The notes under the pieces are model-generated. The model did no database searches, was not told the DNA's origin, and saw only the letters and a list, made by a program, of their open reading frames with translations. The position numbers and the translations under genes are program-made. Positions 1 through 11,839 of a DNA stretch of 64,000 bases are shown piece after piece; positions within the stretch are counted from its first letter, which is position 1, and every line of letters begins with the position of its first letter. Source of the stretch: Octopus vulgaris (taxonomy: Eukaryota). The stretch spans positions 47,926,001 through 47,990,000 of the forward strand of contig OX597822.1 of the NCBI GenBank assembly GCA_951406725.2. Reading direction: 5' to 3'.

Positions 1-804
1 ATTAATGGTTGGAATTTATCCTGACCTGAGACCAGGTCTGAATATTTACTAAACAATGAAATCCGCCAAAGAACTTCGACGACGGTACTAAAACAGGAGA
101 CCACGGATTAAGTCAACCATCCATTTCTGAACTATGTAAGCTGGGAAGGGTCACCCAACTTACTAGAAATAACAGCCGGATCATCCTCAATCCACATCAT
201 CTTAAACAAGTGTAACGAAGACGGTTTATATGGCAAACGTAGATTCCTTTTAAAAAGATGGACAGTCATAGAATTGTGAGGTTTTATTTTCCTCATATGT
301 TCTGACAAGTTTGACTTGGTGTTAAATACAATTGAACTGAAAACATCCTGAAATACGAAAACCACAATAAAGAGGTTTTGCAAATGCTTTCCTTTAAATA
401 AAAGTTCGCTTTTTCCTTAATATAAACGTTTACCATCAAGTCCTAGGACTGATTAGGGTCGGTTACAAGGTTTTCAAGGGCAATTTCCTCCAGAACGTGA
501 CGCGAGCTAAAGAGATCGAAGCAACGTGAAATTGAGTTTTTGTTCAAGTACACAACGCGCTGCCCGCTCTTGGAACCGAAACCACGTTCCTGCAATTGAG
601 AGTGTAACACTCTAACCATGAGACCACACGTTCCCAAGCTATAAACATTTCGACATAAACAAGGGATCTTTTCTTTTTGAAAGCCAGATTTTTAATAGGC
701 TAGATTTATTTCCCTAGCAAAAATCCCCCTTGGGTTTTTTTTTTTTTAATAATGTTGATTATTTAAGAATTAAAACGTTCAGTTAAATATTTGTAGCAAA
801 GTTC
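1..804. repeat. Left arm of a long inverted duplication (partner 2388-3131); may extend beyond the window start
   Basis: 1-804 matches the reverse complement of 3131-2388 with scattered mismatches and indels (e.g. attaatggttggaatttatcctgacctgagaccaggtctg; aacgttcagttaaatatttgtagcaaagttc). Confidence 0.92.
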
Positions 805-2387
805 GGAAAGACTTCCGCCCGTCCCTCCCCAATTTTCTCCCAAATACCTTAAGGTTTCAGTTAATAAGACTTTCTTGGGCTCTGCTTTGAAGGGAAGTCT
901 TAGTTATTCAATTTTAATTCCAACGTGGGCTTCTGAAATAACATACATAAATTGGACTTTTCTGCTTTGGTCAGGATTTTTTTCCTTCTAGACGTGTGTT
1001 CTCCTGCCTCTCTCTTTTTTTTTTTTTTTTGTTGGTTTGTGCATCAGACTCTCAGGTTCGGAAAATGATTTAACCACATTCTATTACTAAATACACCCAT
1101 TCTTTTATTATTTTATTTTTGAATATCGCTTTCCAGGAAATTAGTCGAGTGGTAAACATAAGTACACAATCACACAACGGGTTTTCGCCTACTGAAGTCT
1201 AACTTAAGCTCTCCCCACCCCCCGCACGCAGTTGTGACGGGTCGAACCTGTAACCACCTTGTTGCCAAGCGAAAGACTCCAGTCTCTATTTTAGATTTAG
1301 AACTGATTTGTGTGTCCAAACTCTTCAAGACATATGGAGCCTTCGTCGTTTTCGACGATGAGTATTTTCAGTGTAGTTGGTTGAATATCCCAGGCACAAT
1401 CCGCGTGACAAATTGTAAACAAGGCTGGATCTTTTCATTTACAGTCCATTCGACAAGTTTCTCCATATCTAAATTTGGGTTGACGAGAAGCTACGGTAAA
1501 CCACCTTTGCCCAAGAAGTTTGGGATCGAATCTGATATATGAAACGAACAGCCCAGCTATGCTAGTTTGCCCGAGTACAAAATACATAATCTTTATGGAA
1601 GTGCGATGACAGTTCAGTGCCACATTTTTAGCTATGGAATTTCTTTTTAATCCAAGAAATAAACTTAAAATGAACTCATGTTGCACATTGTGTATGTATA
1701 TATAACCTCCAGGGACCTTTAAAATATACCTGTATTAATAATAATAATAAACACATACATATAATTTATATAGTACATTGTAAGACAGCTAATGAACCTT
1801 TGTGGTTGTTTAACTTGCCAGAAAAAGGACTAGTTTTGATTTGAACACCTGATGATGTGTCTTGTATTATACGAAGTGATGATGGAGTTAAACAACTTTA
1901 CACGTTATTTATTACAGGACTGGCTGAAGGTATAATCAAATCGAACCATCACGCCATGAGGTTCTACGAATTAGAAAAATATGAAAATAATGTAAGGATT
2001 CCCTGTGAGAGGTCAAGTTTGTGATTGTGAAAGTGGAATATTGTGGTGGTGTTATATTGTAAGGAAAGAATTTGAAATGATGCTGTGCTGGAATTGTTTT
2101 CTAGACACCTTGGGGGAAAATGCATAAGGTTGCTGAAATTCAGCTTGCCCAGGGCACTATGAACCTTAGAAGTGGCGCTAATGGTATAATTTACGTTACA
2201 TTTCCTACGGAAAATTCTTTATAGTTGAATCTGAATGGCAATAAATAGCTCTGGAAGTGCAACACATTTAAAGAATTTCATTCATTATTAATGACGTTCG
2301 TGTAGATTGGAATTCCGAAAATATATATTACACGGTAATATATAATGTAATCTATATTTGAATGCAAAATGATAGATCAAATTAAGA

Positions 2388-3131
2388 GAACTTTGCTACA
2401 AATATTTAACTGAACGTTTAATTCTTAAATAATCAACATATATTGTTTAAAAATAAAAGACTGCAAGGGAGATAAATCTAGTCTATAACTTGTTTATGTC
2501 GACATGTTTTATAGCATGAAAACGTGTGGCCTCGTGGTTAGTGTTGCACTCTCGATTGCAGGAATGTGGTTTCGGTTCTAAGAGCGGGCAGCGCGTTGTG
2601 TTCTTGAACGAAAACTCAATTCCACGTTGCTTCGGTCTACTCAGCTGGCGTCTCGTTCTGGAGGAAATTGCCCTTGAAAACCTTGTAACCGGCCCTAATC
2701 AGTCCTAGTTCTAGAGGCAGGGGTTGATGGTAAACATTTAGAGGAAAGCATTTGCAAGACCCCTTTATTGTGATTTTCGTAATCCAGGATGTTTTCAGTT
2801 CAATTGTATTTAACACCAAGTCAAACTTGTCAGAACATATACAGAAAAAAACAACAATCCCACCATTCTATGACCCTCCGTATTTTTGAAAGGAATCTAC
2901 ATTTGTCATATAAACCGTCTTCGTTACACTTAAGATAATGTGGATTGCGGACGATCCGGCTGTTATTTCTAGTAAGTTGGGTGACGCCTCCGAGCCTACA
3001 TAGTTCAAAAATGGATTGACTTAATCCGTGGTCTCCTGTTTTAGCACCGTCGTTGAAGTTCTTTGGCGGATTTTATTGTTTTGCAAATATCCAGACCTGG
3101 TCTCAGGTCAGGATAAATTCCAACCATTAAT
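2388..3131. repeat. Right arm of the inverted duplication; contains a tRNA-derived SINE fragment (~2520-2650, +), mirrored at ~500-640 (-)
   Basis: Reverse-complement match to 1-804; SINE head gtggcctcgtggttagtgttgcactc...gcgttgtgttcttgaacgaaaac resembles copies at 40460 and 46240. Confidence 0.9.
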
Positions 3132-3252
3132 CTCTGAAGGGGTCATAAGATGAGCAGTCACCCTGACTTCTGCACGGTGCAGACATTATGGGGCCGGCAA
3201 CTTTTTATCCCTAGGTTAGTCACGATTAAAGGTATTCCAATTCTTCAAACGG

Positions 3253-3630
3253 TGGCAAGACTTTCTCCCCTCCTCCCCAAAATACTACCTGTTTTAAAAG
3301 TTTTTTTTTTTCCGACACAAACCCCCGCCTTTTCGGCTTCGGGGAATACGAATCTGCAAAAAGAAATAGGCAAAAATCGGGATTTTTAAATGCCCCCCAC
3401 CACCACCACCATTTCTTCTTTCAGAAAATTTTTTATTCCAAAATATGCGGAAAAATACGGACATTATGATTCGGACAAAAATTTCAAAATATTTCTATAG
3501 TTACGGTTAGGGCTGGGGAAAAAAAAAAAAAAAAAAATCAAAATTGAAGAACTTGGGGAAGGGGAAATTAAACAATGTCAAATTTTGGCAATTTCCGGAA
3601 CCTCCATATCCGAAAACGGAGGTTTCTGAC

Positions 3631-3661
<31 letters not shown>

Positions 3662-3696
3662 GGGAGAAATGGTGGGGACGGGCGGAAGTCTTTCCG
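3253..3696. mobile_element. Diverged non-autonomous TIR element
   Basis: Imperfect inverted ends (ggcaagactttctcccctcc / gggacgggcggaagtctttcc); internal gaatacgaatctgcaaaa motif resembles the 42577-43392 element; the right end recurs perfectly inverted at 804-825. Confidence 0.55.
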
Positions 3697-4394
3697 GTAG
3701 TAATTGCAATTGATTAGAAATTGTAAATATCTATATGAAGAGGAAGAAAAACAAATGACATTCACTTTAACAGAAAATAATTATTTATTAAACAATTGAA
3801 AGCAAATTGTCCATTTTTTAAGTTTTACACAGTCTCTAAAAAGGTTTGTAACAATTAGTAATTAAATATCGCCTCTTGTTGAGGGTACCCGATGTCTTTA
3901 TATAGTATGCAAATAGTTTTTAGTACAATAGGTAGTCCTCTACTTTGATACGTTAAAATGTTGTTAGACATGAATGATGAATTTGTAAGAAACTTCGTAT
4001 AATCCAGAGTCCCAAATGATGAAACATTTTTGCGTTATGTATCAATAAGGACCTGTTAATTATATATATATTTTTATACACACATTTAACACACACACGT
4101 CTGATGTATTTATGTATACATCTTAGTTTTTGTGTAATTAAAGGGAGGGGTCGTTATTGTATTTCCATAACGATTTTCATGTAAGGGAAAAATTATATAG
4201 ATTCCAAAAGATATTGGCAAAAATAGTTTAATGAAAAAGTTAACTTCGTACGTGATAATGTCAACAAAAATTTACATCATTTTTTTTTTTTGGTGTGAAG
4301 GAAATTTAAAATTTAATAATGGCAAAATTAAGTTTTCTTTTTTTAAGGTCATATCAAAGAGTTTGGTAATGTGAGACAAACAGGATGATGTTGT

Positions 4395-4410
4395 GGCCCT
4401 TAAAAGGGCC
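4395..4410 (-). promoter_or_regulatory. Histone mRNA 3' stem-loop (H4)
   Basis: Minus strand reads aaac-GGCCCT-TTTA-AGGGCC-acaac, about 80 nt after the H4 stop; canonical 6-bp stem and 4-nt loop. Confidence 0.97.
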
Positions 4411-4488
4411 GTTTATGTTTTTTTTTTCAAGTAGTTCGGAAGATCGTGGGTATGATTAGATGTTAGGTTAAAATCCCAGCCACATTGC

Positions 4489-4809
<321 letters not shown>

Positions 4810-4933
4810 TCAGTAAAAGCTTCGATTCAGAGATAGAACAAAATAGAAACCACCGCTCGTCTTTCCAGCAATGTCACGTAATATTGTTTAACTTCACGTG
4901 CTAGTTTCGTTATACACAAAACAAAAAGATTAG

Positions 4934-4970
4934 TATTTATATGGCAGGAAGTAGTCTAACACGGACGTAG
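4934..4970 (-). promoter_or_regulatory. H4 core promoter (TATA box plus GTCCG element)
   Basis: TATAAATA at 4941-4934 on the minus strand, preceded by GTCCG, which resembles the H4-specific GGTCCG motif. Confidence 0.55.
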
Positions 4971-5691
4971 CAGAGATCATAGCAAAATGTACTCACGTGA
5001 GAATTATAACCAATGAAAATGCTTGATTCATTCCGTCATATTTTTTTCGCTCGAATTTCTATTTTTATTTCTTCGTTCGTGTGAAATCAATGAGATTTTA
5101 ACAGGATATGTTTATATTTCAACTAGTATTCGATTTGTTTTCCTTCGGTATTATAAAACAACTAATTTTTTTTTCAAAACATACATACACATATAAAGAA
5201 TACGCACACCATCCGTTTTTGCGTAGCCCTAACCCTAAACACCTTGTGTGCGTATTTTTTTTAAAATGGCTCTCGCCATTCTCCCACGATGAACTGATTT
5301 CCACATTCAATACATTATCTCGATTCAAAGCACTTGCCATAAATAAATGCTATAGTGCATTCAATACTGTAAACAAGAGTTATTTGCATCGCGTATGCAG
5401 AGCCGTACTACACAAATCTCATTCTGTTACTGAACATTTAACAAAATATTAATTAAGTCTGCCGTAATCACTATAATAAATTTTCGAATAGTTGTAACAT
5501 TGTATTATAGGATAAAATTACAATATGATTGCGAGACCCTTCAGATGAAGCATTCTAAAAATGGTTATGCGAGAACGATATTTAAAACAGAGTCGAAAAT
5601 TTTTTTTAGTGCTCTAAAAAGCGTAATTTCTTCAAATGCGTTTCAAACATCGCAGATTACGATTCTGCTAAACAAAACAAAAACATTTTTT

Positions 5692-6096
5692 GGATCTTTT
5701 CGATTTGAACGGCAGTTTTTTTAAATAATTCCCACGTAACTAAACACTTAAACTTCGTATATTGGTAGAATGTGTTTATAAAACATTTTTTTCTCTTGGC
5801 TTTATTGAGAAAATTCTATAGTTTGTAAGATATTTGAGGTTTTTTCTGCAATTTCAACCAATCAATGACGTCTATTGATGTGAAAACATTCTGTGCCGTA
5901 TGAATATGTCCCTCGTTTAAGAAACAGATTGGGTTTATTTACATTTGTGAAGAAAAAAAAGATACCCTTCCTCCCACCCCTAACCCTAACTCTAAAACAG
6001 ATTGAAATGCAATAGATCGATACTAGGGTCATAATTATGGGTGACAATTTCATATGACACCGCTAGAAAAAACTGCCGTTCAAACCAAAAAGATCT
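5692..6096. mobile_element. MITE with ~30-bp TIRs
   Basis: Left end ggatcttttcgatttgaacggcagtttttt; right end aaaaaactgccgttcaaaccaaaaagatct; both flanks are T-runs; internal ccctaaccctaa. Confidence 0.8.
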
Positions 6097-7019
6097 CTTT
6101 TTTTTTTTAATGAGGGTATCTTTGGCCCCTCTAATTTTCTGTAATTTCTCACTTTTGACATTTATATTGTAAGCAAACATCTGAGATGGCGATTCTTCAA
6201 AAGAGCCAAGGAAATTATGGGCTTTTGGCTTACGAGATCATTTCCGATACTGCTGCTTAGGAATGCTCGATAGAATTCATAAATGCGCTCTCCATGTGTT
6301 GGTGAAAATTTTTCGGTCACAGTATTTTGACACGTCGATCACGTATATACTATATACATTGGGGTAACCAGCTCACCATCTTAAGACTGTGAGTTCGATT
6401 CCCGACCCGAGCAAAAAAGGAAAAAGGTGTAAAACAACTTGCATTAAGCGAATATGAAAAAAAAAAATGCTCGGAAAATTCACATCGTCAGACCTTGACC
6501 TTTAAACTCCAGTGTTTCACCCGAGCAAAAACAAAAACAAAAAGTAGTGTAATAGGTGTAAACGAATATGAAAAAAGTGTGAGCTGGCAAACGGTGGGGG
6601 GGGGGGGACTCGGAAAATTCACATTGTGAATATTCCGAGTCATCTCATCACAGCCAAAAAACAATATTTAATAGTGTAATAGGTGTACAAAAATGTGTAG
6701 TAAATAAATAAGGAAAAAAAATGCACTCTGGTGAACTTGGGGTATATATGCATATACACTCATATGTCTGTGATTTGCATGCAATGTACATATATAGAAA
6801 GTGGGCTAGAAATAAATATATTTATATACATACTTGACTCAGTAGCTCTCAAACACAGCAGGTCGCCCTACAATCCAAGGTAAACACAGCAGGCTGTCCT
6901 GTGATCCAAGGTACTTTGGATGGGCTAGGGCTGCTATGTGAAGCTGGTGTAGGAAACAGCCATGAACTCATGTTATTTGCTGGTGCAGGAAACAGCCATG
7001 AACTAACGTATATATATAT

Positions 7020-7285
7020 ATATACGAAGTTAGATGAGTAAGCCCTACGTGACATAGGAAAATTTATATAGGGAGTCCTATTGATTTTAAAAATAGATAT
7101 GTGGGATGCAAGAATTCATTTATTCACCTCAATATCAAAAATTCCACATTAGCATCATATATTAAACACCTCAAAGAGTCTAACATTGAGTATAATTAAA
7201 GGTGGTCGATAATTACTGAATCAACACCATGTAACACACATACTAAATCTTGTAGGTTTCGCATAAAGGAATTGAGTAGCATCAA
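7020..7285 (+). pseudogene. Decayed Penelope-like element GIY-YIG endonuclease fragment
   Basis: Manual translation IYEVR*VSPT*HRKIYIGSPIDFKNRYVGCKNSFIHLNIKNSTLASYIKHLKESNIEYN*RWSIITESTPCNTHTKSCR follows the PLE pattern IY...YIG...FKxRY..HKxSF...NSTxLSxYIWxLKE...WSI...C; three stops. Confidence 0.8.
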
Positions 7286-7298
7286 CCCCTGCCCCCCA

Positions 7299-7599
7299 AC
7301 TCTGCCTCATCCGCCATACTCACCAGACCTCTCGCCTACCACTTTTTCAAGCATCTCAACAACTTCCTGCGTGAGAAATGCTTCAAAAACCAAGACAATG
7401 TGAAACACGCCTTCAACGACTCCATTACCACCAGAACGCAGGAGTTTTACGCTACTGGCATAAATAAACTTGTTTCGTGTTGGCAAAAGTGTGTTGATTC
7501 TGATGATGTTTATTTCGATTCATAAAGTTTTGTTTGAGCTGAAATATGTGCATCTGAATTTAAAGGTTAAAAACCACAAGAACTTTCGTGACAACCTAA
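7299..7599 (+). mobile_element. Mariner transposase 3' fragment with right TIR
   Basis: TLPHPPYSPDLSP...HFFKHLNNFLREKCFKNQDNVKHAFNDSITTRTQEFYATGINKLVSCWQKCVDSDDVYFD (YSPDL motif), ending gacaacctaa+TA. Confidence 0.9.
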
Positions 7600-7836
7600 T
7601 ATAATACAAGAATTTTAATGGAGGTAAAGCTCCACTATATAGCACAACTGTTTTTTTTGCCTGTATATGAGATAAAGATTAATAGAATTTGATATACGAT
7701 ACAAATTGCAGATATTTCTCTTAAAACATTCACACAAGCAAATTCAGAATTCACATGTAGGACATGAGGTATTATTCCATTCCAATATCCACATATTTAT
7801 ATTAAGAGTTTCAGGACAAGAAACACACCAACATTG

Positions 7837-8160
7837 ATTGTCAAGTGATGGTGGGAGGACAAACACAGACACAAACACACACGCACACACATACATAAAT
7901 ATACATACATACATACATACATACATACATACATACATACATACATACATACATACATACATACATACATGCATGCATGCATGCATGCATGCTTGCATAC
8001 ATACATACATATGCACAACAGGCTTCTTTCAGTTTCCGTCTACCAAATCCACTCACAAGGCTTTGGTCAGCCCAAGGCTATAGTAGAAGACACTTGCCAA
8101 AGGTAGCATGCAGTGAGACTGAACCCAGAACCATGTGATTGGGAAGCAAGCTTCTTACCA
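7837..8160 (-). mobile_element. SINE family A copy with internal (CATA)n expansion
   Basis: Matches family A consensus (tgggttcagtc...ttggcaagtgtcttctactatagcc...gtgagtggatttggtagacggaaactgaaagaagcc); microsatellite 7900-8010. Confidence 0.85.
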
Positions 8161-8373
8161 CTGCGGTTGCATGATGTCTCTTATATACTTCCTTCCCCTG
8201 TATCTGTAGTTCAATAAGTTTCAACATTTCATACATACATACATGCATGCATACATACAACTTTGTCTCTCTATCTATCTATCTATCGAAATATATATAT
8301 TACTAGTAATAGTATAACAAAAGAATGAATGAGACCTTGATATTAAGTAAATAGAGGTATGAGGTATTTATAT

Positions 8374-8405
<32 letters not shown>

Positions 8406-9232
8406 CATGTTTAGAAGACACCTATCCAAGGTGCCACACATTGGGACTGAACCTGATACCAAATGGTCGGGAAGCAAGTTTCTTACCACATAGCCACTCT
8501 TGCACACACACACACATATATAAGGATTCAGATAGAATTGAGTACTTGAAAGGATATGCACCAGGTAAGGTTGGATAAACCTGTGGTCACCACCTATGGC
8601 TGATAAATGTCAAATAGGATCTTCTGGTTGTGTACACAGAGAAAACCAACCCCATAAGTATTTAATGCCCAGGGGCTGGTCCAAAACATGCGTTACATTT
8701 ATTGTACTTTGTTGGTATACTCCAAGGTGTCTGACATGTTGTAAATCCTTATGGTGTATTATAACCAAATGAATAATAGCAGGCGATGGAGAATAGTCAG
8801 CTCATCTGATGATTACAGTTTTTTTGTAATGAAGTAATGTTCTCATTCTTCTATTAAAAAATGCATAAGGAACAGCTGTAATGAGCTGACAATTATCTAT
8901 CATCTGTTATTATTCAATTGATTTTTTATATATATACATACACATACAAATGTAGGCATGTATATATTATATGAGAAATATTTATTACAATGAAAATAAA
9001 TGATTTTATGATATCATTAAATTCAGTTACATGTAACATATATACAATGTTGGTGTATACATATTTGTTTATCCAAAACTAAAAATGGAAAAAAAAGAAC
9101 AAGGGAAAAGAAAGAGAGAAAACAAAGACAGAGAAAAACAGAAAGGAAAAAAGATATCAATGCAACACCAAGTGCCACAATTGGTCGCACACCACAAGGT
9201 TCAACGGAACCTACTGAAGCAAGCCAACATGC

Positions 9233-10145
9233 TTATAACATTACCACGGGCGATGGCGAGGCAGCCAAGTGCCCTCGTGAGTATCGGCTGACACTTTGAT
9301 AAGGCGAGCTGCTAATGACGACAACAACTTCACTGTTAACAACCCGGCCCACTCCAAATGTCTCAAATGCCACAGGCTGGAGTACATAGTTCACTGACAG
9401 GTCCTGATACTTCATGATTCGTTCATTCCAGCTACAGAAGCACTGACCCTCCCATTTACCACAACATCCAGGATGTGTAAAGGAACAAAGCAGTCACAGA
9501 TTGTGGCGTCCCAGATGTGGCACCTACCTCTTACCCAGGGACAGGGGGTCTCTCCCCTTCACTTCTGGATAATCCTGCCAGCTCCAGAACTGAGGGGTTA
9601 TTAACCCAAGCCAGAGGCCACTTAATGATTAAGTTTAACCTAGTGTGACGAGCGAAATAACCAGCGTTTAGGCAGCAAAACAGACTACGAAGACCTGTGG
9701 AGTTGAGCAATGCTATCTCAGTCCCTTACAGACCTCAGCTCCCACTCTGAGCAAGATGGAGATGTGGAGCTCATCTAGACTGAGTAGACCTCTAACGTTG
9801 GCCACAGGCAGGGCATCAATCCAGTCCCCTGAGAATTTTGCACTGGCGGAAAGTAGGTGACACCTTGGAAATTGATCAGATTGATCAAGGAGAGAATTGA
9901 AAGTGGCACCTGAACACAGATTGTTCCACACCCTCAACTGTATCATCCATCTCCCTGTTGGAACTAGTCTATATTGGAGAGGAGAGGCTGTTGCCCATCA
10001 AAGGGAAGCAAGCGTGAATGGCGGAAAGATAAAAGGAAAGAGATGGAGATGAGCACTTGCGCAGACCCAGACCCCCAAACCATTCGGACAAAGCAGACAC
10101 GTCACACGATTCTGAGGAGAGTCTGACATGAGCGTGTATTGTGGT
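9233..10145 (-). mobile_element. Decayed CRE-clade (restriction-like endonuclease) non-LTR retrotransposon, C-terminal part
   Basis: Broken frames give GGLGLR, SGDWIDALP...LSLDELHISILLRVG, ARHTRLN, PWVRGRCHIWDATICD and KYQDLSVNYVLQPVAFETFG, in the order expected for the RT thumb, RH motif and RLE of CRE-type elements. Confidence 0.75.
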
Positions 10146-10965
10146 TGCCCAAGACGTTATATACTTCCTTCCCCTGTATCTGAAGTTCATTAAGTTTCAA
10201 CATAGTTACCTCCCTTCCAAAAGTATTAGTCATCAACGTTAGTGTTACTATGTTATTTATGTCATGTTCTTGCCTCGTATGTGTCTGTCTGTCTGTCCTT
10301 GTCTCACCCTTTTTTTCTCTAGCGTAAGAGTGATAGGCGTAGTGATACGATGGAGTTAAAGAGAAAAATGAAGAAGTAGTGATAGTATAAAAAATGGAGG
10401 AAGAAGTTGAGAGAATTAAAGATATGTACAAGAGCTGGAAACTGAGAATTTGAGAAAATGTGCTATAGATGCAGAGAGGGAGAGGGGGAGACAGACAGAC
10501 AGAGAAAGAGAGAGGGAGAGTGTGAGATTAAGCGAGAGAGAAAGAGAGACAGACAGAGAGAGTGAGATTAAGCAAGAGAGAGAGAGAAAGACAGACAGAC
10601 GACAGACAAAGAGAGAGAGAGAATGTGTGTGTGAGAGAGAGATAGAAAGGCAGGAGAGAGAAAGAGAAAGGTAAAAAAAAGAAGACAATGCCGAATGAAA
10701 TAGGAATATTTGAGCAATTATAATGATGTCGTGTCTTCTTTAATCAAGAAGACTGCTACAAAAATGTCAGCTATAAATTCCCTCTGTCCACTCATTCGAT
10801 ATCGTCATAAGACACACCTCTCGTCTGGTCACTAGATACATCTCGATGTTACAAGAAGGATTCAGCCTTTATAGAAGAGATTTAGAAAGAGGTGAGTAGG
10901 GAGAGAGAGAGAAATAGGAGTATATAAAGATATACGCACACACACATATAAGCAGAAAATTTCAA

Positions 10966-10980
10966 ATAGATAGATAGATG

Positions 10981-11034
<54 letters not shown>

Positions 11035-11140
11035 CAGATAAATAGATGGGTAGATAGATAAGTAGCTAGATTGATAGATAAATAGATAGACAGACAGATA
11101 AATAGACAGACAGACATATAAATAGATAGGCAGACAGATA
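10966..11140. repeat. (GATA)n/(GACA)n microsatellite
   Basis: Direct inspection. Confidence 0.95.
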
Positions 11141-11280
11141 GACAGCAACAGCATAATAAGAGCTGACTTTCACCATAACCCATCCAGCCTCTGTCAGAAT
11201 GGAATGAGGATTTTAAAATGATGGCAATATATGTGCGTGTGTGTGCCTGTGCATACATATATAATATATATGTGTGTGTT

Positions 11281-11477
11281 CTTTTCTACTCTGGACACAA
11301 GGCCAGAAATTTTGGGGGACGGGACCAGTCGATTAGATCGAGCTCAGTACGCAACTGGTACTTAATTTATCGACCCTAAAAGGCAAAGTTGACCTCAGCA
11401 GAATTTGAACTCACAACATAGCAACAGATGAAATACCGCTAAGCATTTCGCCTGACGTGCTACCGTTTCTGCCAGGT

Positions 11478-11480
<3 letters not shown>
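11281..11480 (-). mobile_element. SINE family B copy
   Basis: Matches family B consensus (ctggcagaa...aaatgcttagcggtattt...gagttcaaattc...aattaagtaccagtt...ccttgtg...agagtagaaaag). Confidence 0.85.
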
Positions 11481-11535
<55 letters not shown>

Positions 11536-11538
<3 letters not shown>

Positions 11539-11712
11539 TCATCATCATCATCATCATCGTTTAACGTCCGTTCTCCATGCTAGCATGGGTTGGACGGTTC
11601 GACCGGGGTTCTGGGGAGCCAGAAGGCTGCACCAGGCTCCAGTCTAATCTGGCAATGTTTCTACAGCTGGATGCCCTTCCTAACGCCAACCACTCCGTGA
11701 GTGTAGTGGGTG

Positions 11713-11715
<3 letters not shown>
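11536..11715 (-). mobile_element. RTE-type 3' end with (GAT)n tail; many similar copies in the window
   Basis: (cat)n-cgtttaacgtccgttctccatgctagcatgggttgg...ctggatgcccttcctaacgccaaccactcc is the same terminus as on the RTE at 16715-18470. Also at ~14380, 26680, 30080, 37110, 47000, 59230, 63780 (-) and 24850, 29900, 46500, 50660, 54410, 61000 (+). Confidence 0.8.
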
Positions 11716-11757
<42 letters not shown>

Positions 11758-11802
11758 TATACATATACATACATATATATATATATATTTATACATTATA
11801 TA

Positions 11803-11839
<37 letters not shown>

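Noticed and set aside
1844-1890. Hammerhead candidate aacac-CTGATGA...atac-GAAG
   Set aside because: It has GAAG rather than GAAA, with no UH site or stem I partner.
3132-3206. GC-rich segment with small hairpin and T-run, considered as an snRNA
   Set aside because: No match to the U1-U12, U7, Y, vault or RNase P motifs I can recall.
3783-3789. AATAAA signals downstream of H4 (and ~21660 for H2A) as dual 3' end signals
   Set aside because: They are 600-800 nt from the stem-loops in very AT-rich DNA, so are expected by chance without transcript data.
5977-5992. Telomere-like ccctaaccctaa (also ~5227)
   Set aside because: Only about two units, internal to TIR elements; not a telomeric array.
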